64,000 nt of DNA from Pseudomonadota bacterium (GTDB lineage: Bacteria; Pseudomonadota; Gammaproteobacteria; DASZBR01). Both the position numbers and the translations under genes were made by a program. Under the pieces are notes generated by a model. It was given only the letters and a program-made list of their open reading frames with translations, was not told the DNA's origin and did no database searches. Below are positions 1-9,185 of the stretch, one piece after another. The first letter of the stretch is position 1. Every line of letters starts with the position of its first letter. The stretch spans positions 19,022 through 83,021 of the forward strand of contig JAJYDF010000008.1 in NCBI GenBank assembly GCA_021777765.1, read 5' to 3'.

Positions 1-1
1 T

Positions 2-211
2 GAAGCGAAAGAGTTTATGGAAGCACTTGAAGATCCCGCGCATAAAAACAAAGTTCCTAACAAAATCTTAAAAGTGATAAATCAATTTATATCTCATGCT
101 CCTCAATTCGATAATGAGGGCGATAAAGATTTTTATTTCCGGCAATTTGATCGTCACTTAAATGAATGGAAAAATATTGATAAGGGTGCTAATGGTTGTG
201 TTCTGAGTTAA
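2..211 (+). CDS. 3' end of a hypothetical protein whose start lies upstream of the window
   Basis: Open frame runs from base 2 in the same frame as the 17..211 ORF. No recognisable motif. Confidence 0.4.
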   Translation, partial: EAKEFMEALEDPAHKNKVPNKILKVINQFISHAPQFDNEGDKDFYFRQFDRHLNEWKNIDKGANGCVLS

Positions 212-238
212 CTGGTTCTATTTCCTGTTGGAATTATC

Positions 239-3200
239 TTAATGCTTTAATCTGTGAATTATCTGTTGACTATTTTCAGTAGGATCTTTTTCTTTTTCTC
301 TTCCTTTTTCTTTTGCTCTTACTGGAATTATCAGAAGACCATTTTCAACAAGATATTTTTCTTTTCCTTTTTCTTTCCCTTTTGCTTGTCTTGGAATTAC
401 CCGATGACTATTTTCATAAATTTCATTTTCTTTTTTAGCTATATGCTGTTTGAAACGTAGTGTAGGTTGTCCCGTATTTTGTGGCTGTGGTGGTAATGTC
501 TTGTCCGTGATAGCGTGTTGTTTGCCTTTTTCATCACGACTTTTAGAATCGTTAATCACTTCAAGCGTAATTTCTCTTTCAGGTGCTGGCGAAGGAGTAT
601 GTGAAACGGATTCCTCCCTATGATTATATTGCCAAGAATTTTTAGCATGCCAGGGCACAGACGGATTCTTTAAATGATTAAGATGTTCATGCAGTGATAA
701 TCCAAATTGTTGATAATGTTGCCGTTCTGCGATCAATTTATCGATTAATTCATTTTTAGCGCCTTGATAAGTTTTTTCTTGTTCTGTTTTTTCAATTTCA
801 GAAATTAAAGAGGATAAGCGTTCATCAATTAATGCAAAATATATTGTAATGCGGTTTTGTTTCGACGTTATTGGCATATCAATCTCTGTTTTAGACAACA
901 TATTTTTTACACCCTCTCGTAATAATTGATTAATTTCAACAAATGTGAGAGCGACTTTGTCTGCCTTGTCATTGCTAATGACTAATTTTTGAAGTTGGTC
1001 CCTGATCATCGTGTAGTTACCGTTGGTCATTAAAAGCTGAGTATCTTTTTTGGGTTGAATATAGTCTGAAATTAAAGATGATATTGCAGAGAGTTGCTGG
1101 GGCGTTAAATTGCTTGGCATTTGCTCGGGTATCTCACCAGTTGATTTATGCGATGGGTTTTCTGTTTTAAGTTGAGAAATTATTTGCCACATCTCATTAT
1201 TTAATAAATCGTGTGTTGCTGAAATGGGGTTATTGGTGCTTTTTTTAATATTTTCACACAGCTCGGCTATGGGTAAAACACGATTAGCTTCTTCTGTAAG
1301 GGAATCTGTAATCCGTTTTAATAAATCAATCGTTAAGCTACGTGGATCCATTTTTTCTAAGGATGGAAGTAATTTTTTGCTATTCCATAATTCTATTACT
1401 ATTTGCCATGAGTCCTGTTGCGCTATAAATAAATGCTGTGATGTAGAATCTTTACTTTGAGATCGTATGACCTTATAAAATTCTTTATATTTAAGCAATT
1501 CGTCATATTTTTGTATTGCTAATTCTTTAATTTTTGCAAATTGCTCATTAGTTATAGAATTAGGTGGTGGTGTTGAAAATAAAAATGAAAAATCGTTAGC
1601 GGGTTGTGTAACTAATTTTTGTAATATTTCCAAGGAATTTTGTTGTAATATCAATTGGGAAGTCGATAGTTGAAAATTTGTATTTTGTATATATGTATCG
1701 TAAAAACGTTGCAATGGCGAATTTTTAATGGATTCAGCCAGTAAAATTTTATTAATACTTATAAATTCATCATGAGTGAGATTCGACGGCGCTGTATCCG
1801 ATAAATTGATTTTCGGTTTTACCACATTCTTGATCAAATTCCAGTGATACCTATTTAAATCATTCCGAATTATTGCTAAAGAATCATTAATATTAAGGTT
1901 AGATTTTCTCGTAGATTCAAAGTTGTTTAAAGCGATAGTCATATTATGGTTAACAGTAGATATAAAACTATCTAAATTGGATATAAACTGCTCATCAAGG
2001 CGGTCTTCGGCATGAGATCTAGATTTTAATAAATTACTATTTGTTAACGGTTGCGTATTTTGAGTGGACTGACTTGCTTTCGCGTTCTGCAAATAGGTTA
2101 TTAAAGGTATAGTGACTCTTTCAGGCAAATATGAATCATTATCAGTCCAATGCTTACCATAATGCGTGTGTGTATTACGTAATAATTCAAACGGCGCTAT
2201 CGGAGGTATAATATCTTTTTGTGTATCTTTATTTATTATATCAATCCATCCTTTGTAATCATATTCTGAGCTAACACTACTGTCTTTAATAAACCAAGTT
2301 TTCTTTTGATTTAAATTATCTTTATCCTGTGGGGATAATAGTTGTTTTGCAAGCTGATATCTTTGATGCGATTCAAGATCGAGCAATGTTTTATGAATAA
2401 TAAAAGAGGTTGCATAATCACCATTTTCCATAGATTTATTGGCGCATGATAGCCATTTAGCAATATGTATAGCCATGTCGTTGGTATTATTGAGTGAAGT
2501 AATGTCGCGTCGCAAAGAATTTGCTAACTGTTCATGATGTGTTTGGTTAAGCTGTTGTTCTTTATTTAAGAATTTACTTAAAGAGAATTGGGTGAATATA
2601 TTACGGCTTTGATGGGTTAATACATTGACGTAATTATCTGTTATTTTTTGTTCAGCTTGATGTAATAAGATATTAATCTGTTCTTGATCGGGTGATGATA
2701 TGTTTTTCAATGATTGTCTTAATAATTCAATATTTCGTAATTTTTGTAATGGCGATAATTTTTCATCCTGTGTAATTTTATTAATTTCTTGTGGAAAGGA
2801 GGATAATAATTTTCTGATGATATTAAGATATTCAGGATTGGAACTGATATTACTTTTAACAGTGGTTATAACATTAAACCGTTCAATTTTTTGCAATAAG
2901 CTAAAATCGTTAGTGGTTGGTTTGTTCGCAATATACTCACAAGTATGGAGAATTTTTTTATCAGATAATCGAGAGCTGTTTCGGGCAGTTTCACACTGAG
3001 CCACAAGACCGGGTGGGATATCATTGAGTAACAACGTAGTGACATCATGTATCGCTTTTATATTCCAATAACGAGAATGTTCTGTATCTGCTAATTCTTT
3101 TTTTAATTGTTCACTGATGGTATTAATTAATTGACTTTCTCTGTCTCTCAGATGTTTGAATATAAGAGGAAATTCTTTTTCTCTTTGTGCTAAAGTTGAG

Positions 3201-4621
3201 CTAGGGTCAAATTCTATTTTTCCAGCCGTAGTTATTTCATCACGTAATTTAGCCAATAGTTTCATATTTTTAGCTAATGATTGTACAGGCAATTTATCAT
3301 CATTTATTTTCAATTTCTCTTCTATGTTATTGATATACTCAACTTGCAATCCATCATGCAATGCATTGATATGTTTTTCTATAGTTAACTTGTTAATGAC
3401 GTCAGTGTTCAATAAACGAAGCATTTTTAATTGTTGAAATTTATCATCAATCCGATCTTTTGCTTCAAAGCTGGCGTCGAATAATGGTAAAACAGATCGA
3501 TTGATGAATTGAGATTTTAAATTGTCGTCAATAAAAATGTCAGGCAAATGATTGAACATATTTAAGATGGATGAAGCTTTTTCCAATGCACTATTATTAT
3601 TAGCTAAAGTTTGTTGTATGCTGTATTGTAATGCGCTAATAAATTTATCACGAAATTTTTCTTTAGATTGGACTATATAATTTCTAATATAATTATCACC
3701 TAAAATTAATTTATCTTTTTCTTTAAATATTCGATTGATATCGTTCATCGCTGAATCAAATTTACCTGGATTTTTTTGTAAGCTTTCTTCAATTTTTTGG
3801 TCGATATAATCTGAAAGTTCGGTTTGAAAGGATATTAAAAGTTCATGCCTTTTTGCAGGGCTTGTCAAGATAGATAAATAGCGTTCACCTGAATATGATC
3901 CTATTGCTTTAGGGATTGGCGCAATGGGCAAAACTTTCATTTTGGGTTGAGAAAATCCTAATTCATCATGGGCATCATAATTGCTGGCAGAATAACTGGA
4001 ATCACCATATCTTATCCGTTCGCAATATTTCCTCAATCCCTTGAGTTTATTTTCAACATCCAAACTTTTATCTAATGCAATGTTATTCATTTCTTTTTCT
4101 GCTAGCGTCAACTGATAATTGACTGGATCTAGCAAGTTAAATCTTTCATTAAAAAATTGTGACGGGAGTAATTTAAATTCTTGATTGAATTTATTGAAAT
4201 TATCTACAGTTTTTAATTTTTCATAGGGAGTATAAGAAATTTTATCCACATTTTTTTCAATAAATCGGGTCAGATAGTTAATGATCTCTTTAGGGTTGCC
4301 CACATTAATATTATTGTTATTATTTGCTTTATCATACTCAACCTCATATAGGTTTATTTGATAGGTCAATAATTCGTTGGATTCTTTTAGAGCCTTTATT
4401 TGATCGCGATCGCTGCGTGAAAGATCAGTCAATTGGGAAAGATGTTTAATTTGTTGTGTGTATAAATTATTTAATTCACAAATAAAACTGTAATTTTTGC
4501 TGCAAATTTCTTTATAAAAGTCAGGGTATTCTCTATAAAGCGCATAATTGACAGGTAAGGATTTTAAACCTGCTTCAATCAATCCGCGTGTCATTGCAGC
4601 TGCTTTTAATTTATCTTTCAT
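239..4621 (-). CDS. large hypothetical protein (1460 aa), candidate secreted effector with RasGEF-like central motifs
   Basis: Uninterrupted 4.4-kb ORF in AT-rich DNA with coiled-coil-like low-complexity composition. Central residues ~655-825 carry Cdc25-homology-like motifs (see findings). The C-terminus has a KGKEKGKEK tandem repeat. Confidence 0.8.
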   Translation of the reverse strand: MKDKLKAAAMTRGLIEAGLKSLPVNYALYREYPDFYKEICSKNYSFICELNNLYTQQIKHLSQLTDLSRSDRDQIKALKESNELLTYQINLYEVEYDKANNNNNINVGNPKEIINYLTRFIEKNVDKISYTPYEKLKTVDNFNKFNQEFKLLPSQFFNERFNLLDPVNYQLTLAEKEMNNIALDKSLDVENKLKGLRKYCERIRYGDSSYSASNYDAHDELGFSQPKMKVLPIAPIPKAIGSYSGERYLSILTSPAKRHELLISFQTELSDYIDQKIEESLQKNPGKFDSAMNDINRIFKEKDKLILGDNYIRNYIVQSKEKFRDKFISALQYSIQQTLANNNSALEKASSILNMFNHLPDIFIDDNLKSQFINRSVLPLFDASFEAKDRIDDKFQQLKMLRLLNTDVINKLTIEKHINALHDGLQVEYINNIEEKLKINDDKLPVQSLAKNMKLLAKLRDEITTAGKIEFDPSSTLAQREKEFPLIFKHLRDRESQLINTISEQLKKELADTEHSRYWNIKAIHDVTTLLLNDIPPGLVAQCETARNSSRLSDKKILHTCEYIANKPTTNDFSLLQKIERFNVITTVKSNISSNPEYLNIIRKLLSSFPQEINKITQDEKLSPLQKLRNIELLRQSLKNISSPDQEQINILLHQAEQKITDNYVNVLTHQSRNIFTQFSLSKFLNKEQQLNQTHHEQLANSLRRDITSLNNTNDMAIHIAKWLSCANKSMENGDYATSFIIHKTLLDLESHQRYQLAKQLLSPQDKDNLNQKKTWFIKDSSVSSEYDYKGWIDIINKDTQKDIIPPIAPFELLRNTHTHYGKHWTDNDSYLPERVTIPLITYLQNAKASQSTQNTQPLTNSNLLKSRSHAEDRLDEQFISNLDSFISTVNHNMTIALNNFESTRKSNLNINDSLAIIRNDLNRYHWNLIKNVVKPKINLSDTAPSNLTHDEFISINKILLAESIKNSPLQRFYDTYIQNTNFQLSTSQLILQQNSLEILQKLVTQPANDFSFLFSTPPPNSITNEQFAKIKELAIQKYDELLKYKEFYKVIRSQSKDSTSQHLFIAQQDSWQIVIELWNSKKLLPSLEKMDPRSLTIDLLKRITDSLTEEANRVLPIAELCENIKKSTNNPISATHDLLNNEMWQIISQLKTENPSHKSTGEIPEQMPSNLTPQQLSAISSLISDYIQPKKDTQLLMTNGNYTMIRDQLQKLVISNDKADKVALTFVEINQLLREGVKNMLSKTEIDMPITSKQNRITIYFALIDERLSSLISEIEKTEQEKTYQGAKNELIDKLIAERQHYQQFGLSLHEHLNHLKNPSVPWHAKNSWQYNHREESVSHTPSPAPEREITLEVINDSKSRDEKGKQHAITDKTLPPQPQNTGQPTLRFKQHIAKKENEIYENSHRVIPRQAKGKEKGKEKYLVENGLLIIPVRAKEKGREKEKDPTENSQQIIHRLKH
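291..432. repeat. imperfect ~70-bp tandem duplication inside the 3' end of the 1460-aa CDS
   Basis: Two consecutive ~70-bp units at ~75% identity (cttttt(c)tcttcctttttctt...ggaattatcagaagacc versus ...ggaattacccgatgac). They encode two IP(R/V)xAK(G/E)KEKG(K/R)EK peptide units. Confidence 0.6.
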
Positions 4622-4788
4622 ATTAATTTAACGACAGATTAAGCTCTCGTTACCTGCTTATATAATCTTATTGTCTTTATATTAAGTATATATGCAATTT
4701 CATTTAACAGAGCGAAGTAGGGCGTATCGAAGCGGAAGGTTTTTAATGCTACAATCCTCGTTTTTATATCATTATTCAGAGATCAACA

Positions 4789-6168
4789 ATGACATTTAGA
4801 ACACGTTTTGCTCCTAGCCCTACGGGTTATTTACATGTGGGTGGTGTACGTACCGCTTTATATGATTGGTTATTAGCGCGCAAACACAAAGGTGTATTTA
4901 TATTGCGTATTGAAGACACCGATTTAGAACGATCAACGCCCGAAGCAGTACAAGCCATTCTCGATGGTATGGCTTGGTTAGGCTTGAATTATGATGAAGG
5001 GCCTTTTTATCAAACAAAACGATTTGACCGTTATCGTGCAGTGGCTGATCAATTAGTAGCTCAAGGAAAAGCATATCGCTGTTTTTGTAGCAAAGAACGT
5101 TTAGAACAATTACGTGTACAACAATTAGAGGCAAAACAAAAACCGCGTTACGATGGTCATTGTCGTGATTTGCCTAACGGTGATTTTACGCAACCGCACG
5201 TTATACGATTTCGCAATCCACAAACCGGTGAAGTTGTTGTTAACGATGCTGTGCATGGAGAAACCATTTTTCAAAATACTGAATTAGATGATTTAATTAT
5301 TGCGCGTAGTGATGGCACACCAACTTATAATTTTACCGTGGTTGTTGATGACTATGATATGAAAATTACGCATGTTATCAGAGGCGATGATCATCTCAAT
5401 AATACCCCGAGACAAATTAATATTTTGCGCGCATTAGATGCAACTATTCCGCAATATGCACATATTCCGATGATTTTAGGTGACGATGGTAAGAAATTAT
5501 CGAAACGTCATGGCGCAGTCAGTGTTTTACAATTTCGTGAGGAAGGCTATTTACCAGAAGCATTATTAAATTATTTAGTACGCTTAGGTTGGTCGCACGG
5601 CGATCAAGAAATTTTTTCTATTGCAGAAATGATTGAATTATTTGATATCAACGATGTAAATAGTGCGCCAGCGGCATTTAATACCAGTAAATTGATTTGG
5701 TTGAATCAACATTATATTAAAAATAGTGATCCTTCTTATATTGCAAAACATTTGGTATGGCATATGCAAAAATTAAATATTAATTATCAGCATGGCCCGC
5801 AACTAGAAGATATTATTTTGATTCAACGTGAGCGTGCTAAAACACTGCTGGAAATGGCGGAAAAAAGTCGCTTTTTTTATGAGGGCGTTAATTTAACGGA
5901 TGAAATAAAAAAACAATATATTTCGCCGGAAATTGTGCCGGTTATTTTACAATTACAAAATAAATTATATGACTTAACGGAATGGACTGATGAAGCGATT
6001 CATCAAGTATTCTATGATATTGTAACAACACAGGAAATTTCGTTAGGCAAACTAGCCCAGCCGGTGCGGGTGTTATTAACGGGTGGGACGGTTTCGCCGC
6101 CGTTGAATAGTACTATTAGGGTTTTGGGGAAAAAATTGACTATTGATAGGTTGGCAAGAGTGGGGTGA
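4789..6168 (+). CDS. gltX: glutamyl-tRNA synthetase
   Basis: N-terminal PSPTGYLHVGG (class I HIGH motif) and KLSKR (KMSKS) motifs. 459 aa, typical for GltX. Confidence 0.93.
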   Translation: MTFRTRFAPSPTGYLHVGGVRTALYDWLLARKHKGVFILRIEDTDLERSTPEAVQAILDGMAWLGLNYDEGPFYQTKRFDRYRAVADQLVAQGKAYRCFCSKERLEQLRVQQLEAKQKPRYDGHCRDLPNGDFTQPHVIRFRNPQTGEVVVNDAVHGETIFQNTELDDLIIARSDGTPTYNFTVVVDDYDMKITHVIRGDDHLNNTPRQINILRALDATIPQYAHIPMILGDDGKKLSKRHGAVSVLQFREEGYLPEALLNYLVRLGWSHGDQEIFSIAEMIELFDINDVNSAPAAFNTSKLIWLNQHYIKNSDPSYIAKHLVWHMQKLNINYQHGPQLEDIILIQRERAKTLLEMAEKSRFFYEGVNLTDEIKKQYISPEIVPVILQLQNKLYDLTEWTDEAIHQVFYDIVTTQEISLGKLAQPVRVLLTGGTVSPPLNSTIRVLGKKLTIDRLARVG

Positions 6169-6170
6169 TA

Positions 6171-6308
6171 ACACACCCTTTTTTCCTTCTCCCCGAAGGG
6201 GAGAAGGTGCCGAAGGCGGATGAGGGGGTATTAGACAGAATTTATTTAACACACCCTCATCTACCGAAGGCACCTTCTCCCGCAAGCGGGAGAAGGAAAA
6301 AATGAGGT
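6171..6308. repeat. composite palindromic element: two inverted ~55-bp units of REP-like family 1
   Basis: Unit A is TTTTCCTTCTCCCCGAAGGGGAGAAGGTGCCGAAGGCGGATGAGGGGGT. Unit B lies ~20 bp away in inverted orientation (ACACCCTCATCTACCGAAGGCACCTTCTCCCGCAAGCGGGAGAAGGAAAAAA). Sits between the gltX stop and tRNA-Ala. Confidence 0.85.
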
Positions 6309-6392
6309 TGGAAAATTTATTTTATTCTTCTGCTAATCTCATTTGACAGCCCTTATTTAACTGGTAGAATGTTCAATCCTGAATTATTTCAG

Positions 6393-6468
<76 letters not shown>

Positions 6469-6493
6469 GCTGGGAACTCATATCAGCTTACTT

Positions 6494-6569
6494 GTCCCCA
6501 TCGTCTAGAGGCCTAGGACATTGCCCTTTCACGGCAGTAACAGGGGTTCGAATCCCCTTGGGGACGCCA
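6494..6569 (+). tRNA. tRNA-Glu (anticodon UUC)
   Basis: GTCCCCATCGTCTAGAGGCCTAGGACATTGCCCTTTCACGGCAG...GGGGACGCCA is near-identical to canonical tRNA-Glu. Anticodon loop CTTTCAC. Confidence 0.9.
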
Positions 6570-6624
6570 TTTTTTAATCATGGCGTCGTGGATTTCATTA
6601 ATAGTCATTTAGTTTTCACCTCAT

Positions 6625-9042
6625 TTACTTCATAGCGGGTTCATTTTTTCCTGACGCGTTTTGTTTGTTAGCTTGTTCCTTTTCTTTTGTTGGTTTGCTT
6701 GCTTTATCTTTTTCTTGTTTATTTGATCCAAAGAGACTTGATAGGAACGAGGGAAAAATTCCCTCTTTTTTTTCTTTATTTATTGGAGTGGATTGTTTAT
6801 CAACGAGAGGTTTGTCTGCATTGGCTGCATTTAGAACAGTTTTTGTAGATACCCCTGGTTCAGCAGATGAAGCTGTGCTTGAGGTTAATGGTAATGATGG
6901 GTTATTGGATGGCTGAGATGCTGTGGTTGATTTTAGTTGTGAACTCATGACAGGAGTTGATGAGGAAGATGATGTTGCCAAGGCCTGTTGCCCAGGGATT
7001 AGTGATGATATCTCGGGATTGGCTAGTGCGGCAGGTACTAAAGGCGGGGCTTTATCATTTTGATGAAGATTTGCGATCGGTAATACAGGAATGAGATAAC
7101 CGGATACTACTTTCGAACCTTTTTTTGGTTGAGTCTCACCGGAATGCGTTTTTGATATCGCTATCGGTGCTGAACTGGCATAAGGTTTTTTTTCTTGAAG
7201 TGCTGTTAAATTTTTACCCAGTTTTAATATTTCAAATTTTAAATCTTTCACAGGCAATTCATGAAGAATATTGCACATAATGAGATTTTCAATTTCATCA
7301 GCCTTAAATTCAGGCTGACATAATTGTTTGAGTTGCTCTTTTTTATTATCATCCGATAAGCTACTGTCCATAATATCCCCGGCTTTTTTATCGAATAATT
7401 CAACTGAGATACCCGTATTTTTACAATATTTTTTTAATATCGGTGTCAACTGGCGCACTATGAGGTCCGCAACACATAATTTGATCAGTTTATCATTAAA
7501 TTCTTCTTTTGATATGATTAAAAAAGTGAAAATAACTTCGTTTAATTCCTCTACTGTTAAATGCTCGCTGAGCATATTGAGTAAGTTATCAAAAATATTA
7601 GTCGGATTAAAATAGTTGATATTAAGGCCAACTAATGCTTTAGCAATATCTATAATTGGCATGATTTCTTTACAAAGATTTATTAAAGATCGAATAAAAT
7701 GGCTTATTTTTTGATAAGGACGTAATGCAAATTGTTTATAGGCTACATTAATCGCTCTATTGGGATTTGTGTGATATTCAATATGCTTCTCAATTTGATT
7801 TGATAGGAGTGTTAAATCATCGAATGTTTGTTTACTCAGGGTTATCTTTTGCGGATTTTTGTGTGTTAATTCGGTAATGATATTATTTATTGAATTTAAT
7901 ATTTGAAATGTGTCTTCTATTTCTTGCGGTGAATAAAAATCTTGTGGTGACATTTTTTTATAAAGTTCAGTAAACACATACCTAGATTGATTATAATAAA
8001 TATTGTGACTTTTAACTTGCTTTTGGAATTTTTCCAAGTTACTGGTTTCTTCTGCGCTAAGTGTAGTATCCGCAATCATTTTATCGAGCACTTGATTTAA
8101 CTTTAACAATAATGATTCAACATCTTCTTCGTCTAACCAAAAAGAATCCAATATTGCGGTATTATCAAGACGCACAACAGGTAAATTACTTTGATTTTTA
8201 TAGAGGTAAAAGTCTTCTCTATTAAGAAAATCTCCCACAAAGGCTAATATAATACAAGAAATTTGCGATAAAGCCTCATCTGCCGATAATTCAATAGGAT
8301 GATTAGTATCATCATTCGAGATGGGTACTAAATAGCTTCTTTTTCCTCTTGCAGTAAATAATTCTGAAGTTAAAAAGGAGACTTTGGGGGTGCCTACATT
8401 TTTGCGGAATGTAAATTTGAGATTCATTTTGTCAACAATTTGTTGATTTTCTTTTGCTAAAATATTAATTCGGGAAATAAGATGGCATAAGATTAATGTT
8501 AATAAAGTAGAATGATTAACCGATTCAGGATCTTTATTATATTTTTCTTTATGGTGGTCGTCAAACCATTTCCAACATTCTGCTTTGAATTCGTCCTGCC
8601 AACGTCTATTTTTCCCTCCCCGAATATAATCTCTACCGATAGAATAATCAGATATTGAGGAAGCATAATTATCGAAGGATTCTTTATCTGCTGGAAAATC
8701 TTTATCCATATGGCACATTTTTTTGAATCTATCAAAATATTGCTTATCATGATTATTTAAATAAGTTAAATAGTCGTTTGCCATCCTATTTTGATAAGGG
8801 CCAATGGGTCCATTGATGTAAATTTCAGTTGCAATATCTGTGCCAATATCAGCAGCTTGATTTTGTGATGAATTGTTTTGTTGTGCACCAGACAACTTTT
8901 GATAGGTTTCCTGATCATGTCCGTTCATAAATAAGTACAGGCAAAACCGTATTCGGCCTAAGGGATGTCTTTCGTTGTCATAATAGATCTTCTTGAATTT
9001 TTCAAACATCTCCTGGATTTGCGCTTCTTCTAAAGCCTGCAT
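6625..9042 (-). CDS. hypothetical protein (805 aa) with Ser/Thr/Pro-rich C-terminal tail; effector candidate
   Basis: Long ORF 55 bp downstream of tRNA-Glu. No recognisable catalytic motif. The C-terminal ~200 aa is a low-complexity S/T/P/K-rich region. Confidence 0.75.
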   Translation of the reverse strand: MQALEEAQIQEMFEKFKKIYYDNERHPLGRIRFCLYLFMNGHDQETYQKLSGAQQNNSSQNQAADIGTDIATEIYINGPIGPYQNRMANDYLTYLNNHDKQYFDRFKKMCHMDKDFPADKESFDNYASSISDYSIGRDYIRGGKNRRWQDEFKAECWKWFDDHHKEKYNKDPESVNHSTLLTLILCHLISRINILAKENQQIVDKMNLKFTFRKNVGTPKVSFLTSELFTARGKRSYLVPISNDDTNHPIELSADEALSQISCIILAFVGDFLNREDFYLYKNQSNLPVVRLDNTAILDSFWLDEEDVESLLLKLNQVLDKMIADTTLSAEETSNLEKFQKQVKSHNIYYNQSRYVFTELYKKMSPQDFYSPQEIEDTFQILNSINNIITELTHKNPQKITLSKQTFDDLTLLSNQIEKHIEYHTNPNRAINVAYKQFALRPYQKISHFIRSLINLCKEIMPIIDIAKALVGLNINYFNPTNIFDNLLNMLSEHLTVEELNEVIFTFLIISKEEFNDKLIKLCVADLIVRQLTPILKKYCKNTGISVELFDKKAGDIMDSSLSDDNKKEQLKQLCQPEFKADEIENLIMCNILHELPVKDLKFEILKLGKNLTALQEKKPYASSAPIAISKTHSGETQPKKGSKVVSGYLIPVLPIANLHQNDKAPPLVPAALANPEISSLIPGQQALATSSSSSTPVMSSQLKSTTASQPSNNPSLPLTSSTASSAEPGVSTKTVLNAANADKPLVDKQSTPINKEKKEGIFPSFLSSLFGSNKQEKDKASKPTKEKEQANKQNASGKNEPAMK

Positions 9043-9185
9043 ATAACTTCCTTATTTATTAGCGGGAAAAATAACTTAATATAAAGCAGTTCATTTGCTT
9101 GATCAAAATTATTAATTGTCATAGGATGATTTTTTTCAGGCAATAATTAAATGGCTAATAAGTGATTACATGGAGGTAAGCAAAA

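Noticed and set aside
254-460. 68-aa plus-strand ORF of F/S-rich low complexity
   Set aside because: It lies antisense to the 1460-aa CDS within a T-rich repeat. It is a compositional artefact.
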